From assembly GCA_002633005.1 (NCBI GenBank), contig NMRA01001071.1, forward strand, positions 1-60,114: a DNA stretch of 60,114 nt. The letters are read 5' to 3'. Shown piece by piece: positions 40,621-55,223 of this stretch (position 1 is the first letter of the stretch; every line of letters starts with the position of its first letter). Below the pieces are notes generated by a model. The model did no database searches, was not told the DNA's origin, and worked only from the letters and a program-made list of their open reading frames with translations. The position numbers were made by a program, and so were the translations under genes. Source of the stretch: Phoronis australis (lineage: Eukaryota > Animalia > Phoronida).

Positions 40621-41399
40621 CGACTGAGAAATTGGCAGCGATTTCAGGTAACCCCCAAACAAGTCAGATTTGAAATAAAAGATAGTCGGTTGACGGTACT
40701 TTTGGATCACATTCTCAGAATCGGTAGGCAATTTCATTTCAGTATCTAATATTTGCATTCTTCGTGCGTAGGCAGGGAAGTGGTGGTTTTGGGGTGGCGA
40801 TTTTGTGTTCGTTCGCTTGGTTACCAGCATGTTGTCTCAGTTGTGAAAGCGTTAACGTGTAAAACCAGTACGCGCTAACAACTAAAACGCGCTTGGAATT
40901 TTGCAGATATCCAATCTGTCTTCTTACGAATAATTAGTGTAACGTTTTGGATCTTGACCACACGTCATTGGGATTTAGTACGTTCTGCAGGCCTGTGCTC
41001 ATACCGTAAGAAATGTGTATTATTCTGCACGCACAGCATATGTACGCACTTATGACCATGTGTCATTCTCCGAAATAATGTATTTTTTAAAAATTTATTA
41101 ACTGCAATGTTTCAGGTATACGTCCACATGTCTAAGCTTCACTAATAAGGGCATCGGATGGCCCGATGCATCTGTGTCTAAGTCCACACAGGTACCTTCT
41201 CTCTGTTCTTTGGGCTCTCCACGAACACGCGGTATGCCAATGTTCACAATGGGGCTCCCCGACAAGCCTGTCTGAGCCTCTGTAGTACAGAATGTAGTTC
41301 GGGTCTCTGTAGCCGGTTTCATGAAACAGGATAATGAATCCAATTTGAAAGCTTATATCTATTTTTCACAACCTATGATGTCAGAAATTTATTTTCAAA

Positions 41400-41830
41400 A
41401 TTCAAAAAATCCTTCACAAACAAATACCAGCCCCAAATAAACTATTAAAGAATACAGCCCTCCCATTAGTCAATACGTTTTTGATATTCCACACTAGTTG
41501 GTTTACAATTGTTAAATCCTTATGTAAATGAGCAATAATTTCTTCCCAAGCAATCAAGATGTCATGATAGAAGTTAATAATATTTGTCAGAGACAGCAAA
41601 TTACAATCATAATTTGATTTAAAGATCAAAATACCCCGATATGTTTTGAAAACATACCTTAGAGACACTTTAAAAACTTCATGGTTTCCACCTAAGCAAC
41701 GCGTAACCCATCCAACTAGTAACGACTTGTACATAATATTTATATCAGGAGCTGACAAACCGTCGTTCTCATGGGTATTTACAGCCACATTTTTCCTTAT
41801 TCTGGGTGGTTTGTTTTGCCAACAAAATAT
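41400..41830 (-). mobile_element. L1/Tx1 ORF2 internal fragment
   Basis: NKPPRIRKNVAVNTHENDGLSAPDINIMYKSLLVGWVTR..ILIFKSNYD..FYHDILIAW..NQLVWN..NGRAVFF is homologous to the 14.4-14.8 kb part of the other LINE. Confidence 0.85.
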
Positions 41831-44800
41831 TTTATCATTGTATTTATCTTAGCTCTATGACTGATAATCATACTTTTTAACCCTTGGTAGGTAGTTGTAT
41901 TTTTTCCAGGGCGAATTGTCGCGATATCATATTCAAAACAGTCGCATTGTACTTACTAAATACAGATATAAAGAATGTCTTTCGTTTTTGGCAACTTTTT
42001 TCCTCAGATTGTTAAGAAGTAAAAGGGCGTCAATTCTCTTAACGTTAATACCCCCATCAGAGAACCACGAAGGAAAAAGGTGCATGTCAGGCATGTAAAA
42101 TGATAATTAGTAAATTGTCTATCTTCTGCTTCGCGTATAAACACGCACCATCGGGAGTTGATGTATGAATTTCGATTTACTTTGACACACTTCGTTATAT
42201 AAGCTAATAAAAATGCAGCGGTTACTTTTCATGCACTGGAACGGAGAATGAAATGGTTACAGGAGTCAGAAAAGCCAATAGAAACGGGATATGTTGATTT
42301 AGGAATTTGTCATATGGGTAACAACGTCAGGAGTTAAGAAGTAGTTGTAGGAAATGTTGGCTGATATTTAACAACTGGTTAACCAATTTGAAAGAATAAC
42401 ATGCGCACCAGGTTACCAGTTCGCGCCTTAATCCTGCTGCGAGATGAACAAACGTCGAGACTAATAGCGAATGTGCAAATCCGCCATATTTGATTTTGCC
42501 GCCGCAGTTGCATTGTGGAAAATGTATGCTTCTATCACTAAGACAAGCGATTGTGTACACTGTTGCCGGGTGTTGTTGCAACTAATGTTTAGCCCAGAAG
42601 CGGTTAATAAAGTTATTTTATTTGAAATCTGATCAAAAATTAATTTTAAACGAATAACTATTGCAGGAAACATGCAACTGTATTTTATTATAGAAATGTT
42701 TTGGAAATGAATTAAGTCAAAGTTGCCGCACCTCACCTCCGTCGACTGTGACTCCGAGGCCCAGTCTGCAACCTCTGTCAGGTTCATACTCATATTCGAG
42801 ATTTCATACTCAAAATCGCCTGTGCTCACTGGAGTCATACTAAAAAAAATCGTATTTAATGTCGCATTTCGAGTAGACTCCAAACGTAACCAAATCTGAG
42901 AATCGTACTCGACTTCAGTTATGATGTGAGATGCAAAATCACGAAAAGTCGCGTTGATTCAGCGCTCCCTCTATTCGCATCGAGACTAGCACCTATATTA
43001 TCGTCAGCTCTCGCTACAATGGCAGGAGTAACGTGGAATGCTGAGTGCTCTGTAACTGTTATTCACTGGCTCATTTACTCCTAAAAATAGTATTGTCACA
43101 ACAACGATTGACGGCTTCATATTGAAATTTTCTTTTTCATTAATACAGTGGTGGGCCGGTGGCCCCGGTACGGGAGTCGGCCAGTTACCATATCACAGGT
43201 CTGCAACCAACATTTTTGAGGGAGAGTTCGAATTGAACATTTTCTGTGACGGCGGGAGGTCAAATCTCAAAGTTTGTACCTTAATTGCCAGCGGTGGTCG
43301 GTGTAAAGAGCCCGAAACTTCAGTAGACGATGTTTTTGGAGAGCAGTTGTTTGATTACTGGTCAACCCCTGTTCTCAGTGTTGCGTAGAACCCATTGCCT
43401 TACAAGTAGGCCTACGTTGATGTCAAAACGTTGATACTGTATCTTTGCGTTTGATTGGGATGTATCAGATTTGTTGACGTTTGGCGCGTGAGTTAAAAAC
43501 ACTACACGTATTACACTATAGGCAGGAATTCAGAGTTCATCAGTGAACGGGACGGAAAACAAAATCTGGAATATCATTAGGGGATTGAAGAATTATCGAT
43601 GACTAAACTGTTAGGGAAGCAAACTTTTTTTTAATTTCCTCGTCTTTAGGATTAACTTATGTTTTACTTTTGCCTAGTCGGACAAGTAGACATGAAATGT
43701 ACTTGTCCTGACCTATACGAGACTTGTCCGCTGGTAATTAAACTCAAATTATACTTTTTAAACATATATGAATGTCGCACATTATACCTGTTACCACAAG
43801 CTCAATAAACATATGTAAGAGCATACATTACACAACTTTTAAATTTCGCACAAGTTTAATAATTGAAGTGAGTATTTGGTTTTGGATTTCACCAGTGAAC
43901 ACGCCCCAAGTTTACATGTTTTTTACAAGCTGCCCAGTGAGCCGTTGACTTTTCCCAATGGCCACTTAGACAACCATGCACGTGCTAATGATTGACAGGT
44001 CTTCTTACTGAATACTTTGAACTTAGACAACCAAACACATGCTAACGATTGACGTGTCTTCTTATTGAATACTTTGAACTGTGTAACATTTTATATACGT
44101 TGTATACAGTATTTCTTTTTGAATTCAAAGCCGACACCGCACGTGCCCAGCAATCGGACGATACACTTTTAGGCAATAGGGGTGCTCACTCAGGTGCCAA
44201 AATAATGAAGCAAAAATACATCTTGTAAAAAGACATCAGGCAAATCAAAAGTTCAAAAAAATTTTTTTTTATCCACGTGGAGCGTGGACAGAATGTTTGA
44301 CTTGCGCTAAAGACAAGTTGATTTTTTGCGCTCTTGGCTTTGGTTTGGCGCTTCCATTTTGGTGTCACGAGTGAAGTTATTAAAAACATGCGTTTACCAC
44401 TGCAAGACGGGTACAGCGACGCAAGTTGGCTTGGAGTCACAGTGGACCACATCTTTTTTATTTCAATGCACATGGTGGTTATGTTTCGTGTACTGTCACG
44501 GGAAATCACAGAAAGGTTGGCCACGGACGTGATATCCCTGTCAAGCCTGTGTTTCCTTTAATAAAGGGCAGGGGAATACGTATTTTACCGCTATAGTAAG
44601 GTAATGTCCCGGTTTCACTAAAACTGGCATGAGTTAAAAAAGGTTGGAACTACGCTAGGACCTAGCTAAAATCAAAACTTTGCCAGATTACGTGAGATAC
44701 TGCCGTGTATTTGGCTAGAACTATTCGAATACAAGTGCCTTGGATCGCGTCCAGTCATGAGCTCCTGCATTATCTAAACAACACTTTGCCGATTTGCCAT

Positions 44801-45193
44801 GCACCGCATATTACCGACACTGATGACTAAACAAGTGAGTTATCCCTGCCGCTTCGAAGAAGTTCTGATCGTCCAAATTTACTATAGTTTCCAAAAATTT
44901 AACTTGTACTCTCGGACAAGCAGCTCGTCCGTGAGCTTGTCCGGACCAACAAATTGCTGTCCCGGGCAGTCGGACTACCGTTAATGCCAAACCGTTGCAC
45001 ACGCACTTCAATCACGGCAATCCCCACCCCACAGCTGCTTTTGACCCTTGTAATGACTTGTCAACATGGGATTAGTATTCGCCAGTAAGAAGGACTTTAA
45101 AAATTGGCGGCAGTGAAGTGCGGTGAGTTTGAGTATGATTCGAGTCTTATCACGGAGATTGGATATCAAGGCCAGGTAAACTAGAATAAGGCT

Positions 45194-45232
45194 CAGAGGC
45201 GGATCTACAGGGGGGGGTTCAGGGGGTTTACT
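45194..45232 (+). mobile_element. Solo terminal fragment of the hAT family at 2253
   Basis: cagaggcggatctacagggggggttcagggggttta matches 2253-2289. Confidence 0.65.
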
Positions 45233-45817
45233 GCCGAAAAAGAACACCGCCAAGAACCTTAAAATCCAATGTGTAACAAAGGGAGTATAAATTGTTGGTT
45301 GATTCCAGCTTTTATCGTTCGAGATTGACAACCATGATGCATTAGCAGGCGACAGAACGGGGATTGGTTGAATTCGTCGAAACAGAGTTTCCTATCTTTT
45401 TAATTAAACGCAACAGTTTGTGAAAACTAAAGAAGCTTCTCTGTTCAACCACGATTTTAATCAAAGACAAGACCAAAAACTCTGAAGAAACCAAAACTGT
45501 CAATTTTAGGAAACCTAACGGATCGTTACGTCTGGAGCATGTTGCTGTTGTCAGAAGTACGACTGACACTGGTTTAGTTAAAAAGGTTTTATTTTACTAT
45601 TCTATTTGTCTTTCAGAAGATAGCACTTGATTCATATCGACGCATGGGCTCTAGCAAGTGATGATGTAATTTGTATACAATGGACAAGTAAAGAACATTC
45701 TAGAAGATTCCAGGATGCTAGCGATTAATATAGGACCATACTTTGGAACATTCTAGAACCTAGAATATGTTTGTAGAATAAGTGGGTAACAGCTTCTACA
45801 CAGTTTAACAATCCGCC

Positions 45818-46925
45818 CTGAATTAGTGAAGCTTTCCAGATTATTGTTAGAGACTATAAATTCCCAGTCACGTGTTAATGGCTGACGAAGTTGCGCTAAA
45901 GCTGGCGATACAGTTACAGTTAAAGTTACAGCTGAGTTGCAGTGAAGAGGATCAGCATTTTCAACTTTAGTTAACAAAGAGCCAGCTATTAATAGAGACA
46001 GTAGGTTATTGAAACAACGAGTGTAATAGTCGCTGGAAGTTTATCAGGATTTCATCACGATTAAAAGTCAAGGCTTCACAGCATTGTCTGGAGCGTAGAA
46101 CAGATATTACGTCGAGCGTTTCGTTCGAGTAGACTTGCAAAAAGTGCTGTCGAGATTAATTAGAACCAGTTCTGTTCTGAAGCTACAACGTCAATAAAGT
46201 AGCTCCGTTAAATTAACTATCCACATAAGCATGGGTGCAAATACCAATGGTGTCTGATACGGAGGACGTGCACAAGTAGAATTTTTATTGATGTTTGCCT
46301 TAATTTGCATAAGTTATGCACATTCGCGACGTATCCACCTCTAAAGTAGCTCCATAGGGACATGGGTGAAACCTCTAAATAATCTACCCGCTGTGCTTGG
46401 TGAGGAAACCGTAAAGCATGAATATAATTTTGCATAATGGCGTCACGGTCTAAATATTAAAAATGCCAAAGGTTCATGGTGTGGGATGCGAGTAGACAGG
46501 AAACAATTAAAAATCTTATAATACTGAGAAATTCCAGATACCCATTTCCGGCTACCGGACTAATTGTGGTTTACGTATATGACATTTCTTCGAAATATCT
46601 CATTGTGTGAAGCCTATACGTTTTTTGTTTATTTCCAAAGTCATTGCACCCCGTCTTTAGAAAAACTTGTGGTGGCAGAATTTTTTATAAATGTTGGATT
46701 AGAAAAATTAGGCTACAGCTGTACGCAGAATTTTGTTGATAACACGACAGCAATATCGTTGAAAATAATTAATCGTGAACATTGTCGTAGGCTCAGTAAA
46801 TATTGGATTTGTAACTAGGTTAAATACTTACACGGGTGACTGGCGTACACACTTTGTGCGTCCTGAAAGGCGAAGGTCAATTCAGCTAATATTACAGCGA
46901 AGCCTCCCATAAACATCCGCGCCAT
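45818..46925 (-). pseudogene. 5' exons of secreted-protein paralogue B (46832-46925, 46245-46395, ~45818-45985)
   Basis: Exon 1 [31 protein letters not shown] with donor GTAAGT. Exon 2 has a 14-bp deletion relative to copy A. Candidate exon 3 (A)GSLLTKVENADPLHCNSAVTLTVTVSPALAQLRQPLTRDWEFIVSNNNLESFTNS is in matching phase but has no canonical donor. Confidence 0.55.
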
Positions 46926-46956
46926 TCTTCAAGTTTTCAGTACATTCTGCACAGGG

Positions 46957-46998
<42 letters not shown>

Positions 46999-47058
46999 AC
47001 ACGCATACACACATACGCACACACACACCCAGACACATCTATATATATATATATATAT

Positions 47059-47124
47059 ATGACGCAACAAGAGTATCTATATATATATATATATATATAT
47101 ATATAGATACTCTTGTTGCGTCAT
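47059..47124. repeat. Perfect palindrome with a (TA)n centre
   Basis: atgacgcaacaagagtatct-(at)n-agatactcttgttgcgtcat. Confidence 0.95.
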
Positions 47125-50100
47125 TCAAAACAGTTAACTGTTTTAAGTGTCACATGAAAAAGGGACGTCAGATTATTTCATTGAACCCGCTTTTTGTGTT
47201 ACTTTATGTGTTCAGCGAGTTTAGAATGAAGTGACCACTCAGCAATTATCGACTTGTGTTTTGGGGTCCGCATTTCACACGTGAAGGCCCACTTTTCCTA
47301 TTTCTCGTCTATCTATCCCATGCTAGGTCTCTCCTTTACACGAAGGCCCGTTCTTCATATCTACAGTCAATACTTCCCTCTGCATGAACAATGATAATAT
47401 TTTTCAAAACTTATAGCCAAACTAATTAAGTCACAACATCTAGTTTTATTTCTTATTGAAAGTACAATTAAGATGGGTGCTATAACAACCCTGGTATGAC
47501 ATGATTTCATGCAGAAATCAAGAGCACCTGACTGTATTGTCGATGTCATTCTGCTTTAGTCTTTCCAGTGTCCATAAGCCATTTCATGACCCATTCTTGC
47601 TTGCGGTTTAGCTGAAACGAAACGTAACGCCGCCGTGAACAGGATTTTAATTCCACTGCAGACAAAAACAAGGAGAAAATATTAAATGATTTGATATGAA
47701 AATGCTTCAATTGAATACAAAATATATTATTATGAAGTATAGTTTGTAAAAGAAAAAATCACGCAGTAAAGAGTCTTGCTACTTCTTATAGAGGGCGCGT
47801 TTTTACTTTGAGTTGACGTCTGTTCCATGCTTGCATTGTAACTCGTATTATGAAAGAGCTGATCACAGTTACATGAGACTTTCACAAAGTATGCTTCATA
47901 CACTTTTCTCCAAAAAGACAGTTAGGAATTGCAAAGATTTTCAAGTCTGATCTACATCTGCTGGCCACATCACGTGACCTAATGAACACAAATCTGAAAA
48001 CATTTACATATTTCTATAAACTGATATAGATTATTTTTAAAATGTTCTCCTTTTGCATGAATTTATATCGAAAAAACGAGTTTTACTATTTTAATGTAAC
48101 ACCGCAAAAGTTGCATCACTCAAACGAATGCGCAACGATAATTAAGGAATCCGTAACAACATGTACTTGATATTTCATCTTATCTTGAATACAATGTATT
48201 GATACCGTTGTTTTGCTAATCTATCTTTTTTACTGAATTTTACTACAATACATGGTCACGTGACCCATTATTGCCAGTTTGTCTAAATTCCAAATCTGCA
48301 TGTTTTCTACTTTCAGAAAATAATACTTTCAGCGCTATAAACACTACAGCAGTAGAAATTTCAGAACGCCGATAGAGCCCCTCATAACCTTAGTTCTTAA
48401 ACCATGGTTATGTTTTATAATCTTCGTCAAACCTCGAAAGTTTGAATTAAAATTTATATATTAATGAAAGTAAAATATGGAGAGCAGACCCCACTAAATT
48501 ATGTTGCAAGTAACTGCCAGTATGTATACACTATCATGATATGCGTTATTTGGTATATGCTAAACTGATTCTCTTGTTTCCGAGGAAGAACTTACCTGCC
48601 CGTGAACATTCGCAGTATTTTATCTTGTATCTAAATGAGAAATAGAAAATATGAAATTAATTAAGGAAGTTAAATGAATCATCGCTATATTCTTAAACGC
48701 AAGATAACCATTATATCTTAATCACTTAAAACCTATAATCAACAAAATAGACGCGACTTTTCACAAGAAAAGCATCAAAAACTACCGGCAAAACAGTAAA
48801 CGCGCAAACATTCTAAACGCTTTTCTTATGACTTTGATGAAAATAGTGCCGGTATCTATACCAGCAAGGCACAAATTCATTTCCCAAACCAGGGCGGATC
48901 CAGGAATTTGGCTTCAATTTCCACGCAGCACTAACGTGGTCTAGCCGAAGACACTTCAAACCCAGATAGAATAAACAAGGGGAGGCGACAATTCTTATTG
49001 AAGCATTGAAGTGAGCTCCATTCAGTCCGTATTCGCAACATTCACTTGAGAACGAAAATTAAGGGTTCAATTTCCAAAGCATGAAACAATAAATGGACTT
49101 CAAAGAGGGCGTTGCATTGGGCTGGGGGTAAGAGGGGAGCGGGATTGGAAAGCACTGAGCAGTAGATGCACATGAAATCCTTGCTGAGACGCATTCGTGT
49201 TAAACGGGCTTACTACACATGTTAGTATTTAAACTCACTGCAGCGTCCAATGGCGAAAACATACAACTTGAATTAATTTGGCAAAACTTGAAAGAATACG
49301 TGGGGCGTAATGTTATGGGCTTTAGACAGGGTTGCGTTCCTTAAACGCAAAACGCAAAATACTGACATGTATTTCAAGCAAGCGAAGCACATAATCGCAC
49401 TAGTTTTACTCGAAAATTTCTTGCACCTACGGAACGCACCCTTGTCACACAGCATCTTCTCTTGTGCCAGAATAATTTTGAGTGGACTAATTACTATACA
49501 TAACAGGTGGTTGCAATCCAAACATTGATATAAGTTCATAAATTAACGTTTTCCTATAGCTTGTTAGGAGTAAAACATCCATCAATTTCGCTACGATCTT
49601 CAACAGATGCCGGCACGCAGACTGGAGGAACTTAGAAAAATGTTTTGAAACATCATAACTTAAAGTGATTTGTTCAAAGCTATTTAGTTGTAGTTAATAT
49701 GTATACACATGTGTTGACTGTCAATAAAGTTTGCTTATAAACCACATTCATTTTTATTTCACACCCCATATTCTTCTATTATTCGTTGAAAACACGCTCC
49801 CACTTCCCCAAAAAATTTTGAAAACAGAAAAATTTCAACTTCGGCTATCTTCGGAAACACGTCACATCAGGAACCTGATGCGATCACTGCCGAGTCTGTC
49901 CATAGGTTTGTACTGGGACTATCTGTTTGTTAGAATAGATCTATTATGCATCTTTTGCCAATTAATTCTCTGACATGCACATGGTCGTGTGTGTTGCCAT
50001 AAACATTTTACAGTAGTTAGTAGGGATGTGACTCTTGACCCGATCATTATAGAGTCGGCCTGACTGAGTCCACAGTGTCCATTGCTGTGTGCCAAGAGGA

Positions 50101-50161
50101 GTACTGTTTTCAAATGTAGACGGATTTTTAGATTTAAACTGGAGTAAGTATTTAAAGAAGA

Positions 50162-50340
50162 GTGCCTGACCGTTTTGTAGTTGGAGGCTGTGGCAATACG
50201 CCAAGAGCTGGGGTATCTTTACACAAGTTTCCCACTGATCCAAGACTGCATGGCAAGTAAGAAGACTGCGAAGTCCACGAGTGGAGCGTCGTCCTATTCG
50301 GTAGTATGTAATGACCATATTTTGTATAGACTGCTTCTAT
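50162..50340 (+). pseudogene. Degenerate THAP zinc-finger domain in a Kolobok-like remnant starting near 49664
   Basis: VPDRFVVGGCGNTPRAGVSLHKFPTDPRLHGK*...SSYSVVCNDH fits the CxxxxC..SxHxFP..CxxH pattern, with the first Cys mutated. Homology to the paralogous flank stops at TTAA 49660-49663. Confidence 0.75.
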
Positions 50341-52737
50341 AAGGACAGCCTGTGATCCGAGTATAGTTGTAAACCAGGATGAGTGAACTTTTAGACAGTA
50401 TTCGAAACGGTACATGCCGTCGCTTTCCAGAAGCAAGTGGGCCTTGAGCTAGTTTTGACAACCTAATATTCAAAACGGCGGATAGCATCGACGAACACTG
50501 TCGGAAATGATTAGTGCTAGAAGAAGCCAGTAGATTGCTTTTCTCTTGAATTACACTAGTTTTTGCAACATACCGGTAAGTGTTTGTAGGTGGATGTGCT
50601 GAATAGCTTGATGCTCGATACCCGACGTTGCATTCCAATGAATTTTCGCCTAGTCGATCGCTACATGTAGCTGGACTGAATGAACAGTAAGAGTAGGGCT
50701 GTCCAACCATTTTATTCGATTCGCAAAAATACTTCAATATAATTGGAAAGATAATGCATCCCACTCAATAAAAATTATCAAAATCGGGTTAAGCAGTGCA
50801 CATTTATTGCAATTTTGGTGGCGAAATTTGAGTCAATTGTTTGGATCGGGTCGGCCATCTTGGACAACAGTGGCATAAGTTAAGAGTTTAAAACCGTGTA
50901 TAAATACTTTTCACCAATAATTCACGATGAAATTTAGTGAGAAAGATCTATACCTACTATTCTGAGCGATTCAATAGTTTTCATTGGATTTCAGCCAACC
51001 AGATGTTAGTTATTCAGTGATAAAAGTGCTCACTACTCCCGTTGGACTTAGTCTCATTTCCGGCGGCACCGACAACATGGAGATCTCTGCTGAACTGAAG
51101 GGCATGTTCAATCGGCTATTTTGTACTTGGTGAAGTTTTAACGTTTATACATTTTGATGAAAGATGCTACAAAAAGCAATTTTTCTCAATGTTTATGATT
51201 TTGTGCAAAAAAATTAAGGAATATTCTAAATATTGCAGTGTGAATATACCATTCAGTTGACCCTACTCTCAGCTTAAAAAAATAGTCGAAAAGGTTTTGA
51301 AATCGTTTTTTCTTTGAAAGTGAATTGCTCTTCAAGGTTTGATTATGTGTCACAACATAATTAATATTTTTCTAAATTTTACATAAATGAATTGTTCTTT
51401 TAATTCACGTACATGCGTTGTAACTTTTTGCTTTCTTAATTCAAGTTAACAAGGCCCAAAATGTAAAAGCTCTTAATTAGAGTAATAGGCCATGTTGGAT
51501 TGTGAAATTTCCAGCCTCCAATCTTTTTCCATGCAACTACTTATTTTTCAAATTATGCTTGTCGCACTTTAAGGTAAGGAAACACCTGGTCGCCATGGCA
51601 ATACTTAGGCATATCCACTTTCATATCATGCAAATTTGTCGTGTTGTTGGATAACGTCTGTAACGCTTAAATGGTCTTAAGTACGGTGCATTCTAAGTTA
51701 CTTATTTTGGTAAAAGACAAGATCATTTTGACTTACATATCAACTTAATTGTACTGGGGTTACTTCAGCTTTGACTGATGTAGTGTAGATGTGACCTTCA
51801 ACTACCTTGAAAGTCTTTTACTGTTCTAATATATAATACCAACTGAAAGCGTTTATCTATTGATTTTAATTTGAACTGTGGATTAAATCATAATCGTCCT
51901 CTGATTTGTTCTTTGATTTCTATGACTCAGTGACCAAAGCATGGTATAATTAGCTCGCCATAATGAACGCCTGAAATAATATGTTCACTGTTCTTCAGGT
52001 AATACTTCTTGATGCCTTGGGTTTTTATTATTTCAATAAATTAACACATGAATTTAAAAAAACAAGTTCACAAGACTTCAATTTCAAGTAATCTTGTAAT
52101 TCTGTCATTGAGATCGCCACCTCTACTAAAATTTCAATTATATATGTGGTTAAATTAAAAGGTAACATCCTTCCTACTCACTGCTGAAAATGAAAAAAAT
52201 GAAAACTGTAATATTTTGTATTAGGCTTTATTATCTGTGATACACTGGTCTTTACACCTCGTTGGCAAAAACAAATGGAGTTAAGAGGAATTATTATATG
52301 AAACAAGCAAAATTTTGGAGGGTTGACTGCCTATAGCCACTGCAATACACAGCTGTCTCCCTGGTCTGACATCACACACGGTTATGTAACCACTACCTGT
52401 TCTCAGAATTTACTCGGCTGAAATCGGATAAGGTCATTACTGCTGGTCTATTCTAATTAACCAAGCTGTGTGGACAAGAACTACCCCGTGCAACGGATTC
52501 ACACTGTGCTATTATTTGTGTTGAAAAACAGTTGTTTTGGTGTGAAGCTATGTCTCTAAAAATTTGATCGGATTTATACCAAAAATTGCAGTTACTAAAC
52601 TTTTTTCCACAATATTAGCCTCCAATGGCAGATACAACCGTGTAATAACCCATAAAATTATCTCACGAGTGAGATCACATTTTGGCGGGAAACCGAGGCC
52701 GGATTCGAACCCGGGCCTCAAGAGTTGCGAGACTTAA

Positions 52738-54378
52738 AAGGGGACTGTAGTCAAAATAATGTTGCAGTTAATCGGTTCTAACATACAAATAAAACTCACA
52801 TTTGCCTGACTTGCGTGCCAAACAAAAGCCAATTCGTATTCATGGTCAAAACACTGAATTCTGAAAGCGATCGCTGATTGGCTGATGTGTCAGTGACGTG
52901 AACGGCGGGTTATCGGCTGCTTTGCACATTCATTGCTTATGTCATATTTGAAGAGTTTACATCGTAATTTATCATTGTATCAATCGTCCTTATTTTTTTA
53001 TTGTTTGCCACAGTGCTGTAAAAGGTTCGCTATGCCTTTTTGTATGGCACCTGGTTGCTCAAACTCTTCGAAAAAGGCGTCTTTTAAAGGGATGGTCATC
53101 GCATACCATCGCCGGGTTACCCAAGCCTTGGCCCAAAGCTCAGTGTATACTAGATATAGGCCTACAGGTTTAAGCCGATATGGGTAAAAAATGTGCAAAT
53201 AAAATCTGACTCAAATAAATGTCATTAAAACTAAGTCATCCTTGAGTAAACCTAGGAAACAGGTTCCTAGAGTAAACTAACTTCTGTATTTACCGGTGTT
53301 GGAAATGTTAGCGATCGTTCATCGGCTGGTGCTAGTAAAATTATGATGTGTTTTCTTGAGTCGGCTTTTTGCGATTACGTCACCTGACCTTTACCAGTTT
53401 CTTTTCCCCCTGATTCTTTTATCATGTGTTCGTCGCTGACGGTACCTAGATTGCGTACATGTTATAACAAATTATCGGAGCTTGTTTCATTTTGTTTCAA
53501 GTTTTTAGTATTTTTACACCAGCAAACCGAATTTTAGAACAACCTTGGTGCTGCGAAGCTGTTATGATGTCCCGAAAGACGTCTCAAATTTTTATGAAAT
53601 GGCGCGTGCGCCGTGTCACGAGCGTACTGTTCTTGAAACGGACAACACACTTCTTTGTTAAAAAGGCGGCAAATTATGCTACCAAAGGACGTTTATTTGA
53701 TTGTTTTCCACTTAAACGGCTGCAACGAACAATGGAAGTGTCGGGTGACTATATCAGATTTTGCATGCGCCCCCGCCGGTCCGTTAGCTTTATATGTTGA
53801 TGTAGCCTAAGTTTTACGACGAGGTGACGAGCATAACTGAGTCAACTATACCCGGGTAGTCAACGGCTGTCTGAAATTTCGGGGTTAACGGAGCTCAACA
53901 CACAGTGGTACGATAGTCTTCATACAGGTACAGTCGGTAACTTACCAACCCTTCAAGTTTACAGAGCTGCCGGAGTATTGGCTGACAACTGGCTGACTGG
54001 ATGGCTAGAGTCCACATTGCCCTCGGCACAGTCACTGACACCAGTTACACCGGCAAATTTTCGTCTGACGATGACGATGACTAGGTATCACTTTGTGTTG
54101 CCTCGGCTCAAACAGGTATCCCTTGTGACCCGAAATTTCACACTAAAATTTCTTATTCCGACAATATAAAAAACGCTACTTGATTGCACGCTAACACAGG
54201 ACAGTGACTTTGCCCCCGCCAAATACGTCACGAGACTAAGCAGCGGTCCAAGCCGGTAATTTTTTGAGCTTCGTTAGAGAACATAAGTTTAATTTTTGGT
54301 GTTGAATTATTTGTGAAATTAATCAACAATTCATAGAAAACTATCCAGAATTTATTCAGAATAAAATACAGTTCCCTT
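52738..54378 (+). mobile_element. Kolobok-like non-autonomous DNA transposon
   Basis: TTAA TSD at 52734-52737 and 54379-54382. TIRs aaggggactgta and tacagttccctt. THAP N-terminus MPFCMAPGCSNSSKK at 53032. It splits a tRNA-like sequence. Confidence 0.85.
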
Positions 54379-54950
54379 TTAACCACTACACCACTCAGCG
54401 GCTAACGTCATCGAACGTGAAAATAGAATACTTAAATCACAGGCGCTTGAGTTTGTCTGTTCATCGATCGCAAATGATGTCACTCAATACTAAGAAAATA
54501 TAAAGGTTGGACACTCAAGATCTGTTTGCTCAGAATTTTCTTCTCAAATGTTCATGGGACTCCACGAAACTGCCATGGAACAAATCTTAGAATACCTTCT
54601 TTCAATTGATCTCTTCAAATTGCCTTTGACTAAAAAAATGCCAAAAGAATGTCAAAATCACAAATTCAAGGACCTTAGTCTGCTAAAGTAGGTTACCACT
54701 AGTAACTGATTATAATGCTCAAGTCAAAGGATCCCGAAGACACGATACCTGCATTAAAATTGGAGATCGGTGATTTACAAGTGAGAGAACACGAGAGAAA
54801 AATTTCAATGAATTAAAATATCGTTTTTATGGCAATTATGCGTCTTATTTTTCATAGCGTATAAATGTCGGTGCAATGCTCTTTGCTAAACATGCGATTG
54901 TTGCGCGTGCTCATTTAAGTATTCTATTTTCACGTTCGATGATGTCAGCC

Positions 54951-55020
54951 ACTGAGTGGTGTAGTTGTAAAGTCGGCGACTCGAAACTCTTGAGGCCCGG
55001 GTTCGAATCCGGCCCCGGTT
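54951..55020 (+). pseudogene. tRNA-like cassette inside a repeat
   Basis: A-box-like tggtgtagttg and B-box ggttcgaatcc. Confidence 0.65.
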
Positions 55021-55223
55021 TCCCGCCATAATGTTATCTCACTAGTGAGATAACTTTATGGGTTATTACACGGTAGTATCTGCCATTCGAGGTTAATATT
55101 GTGGTATAAATATAGATTATTACATGTCGAAGTCGTTATCCCCCGTTATCTAGAGCCCGAGTGGATTTTGGAGAATTATCGCACGATTTAAGTATTCTAT
55201 TTTCACGTTCGGTGACGTCAGCC

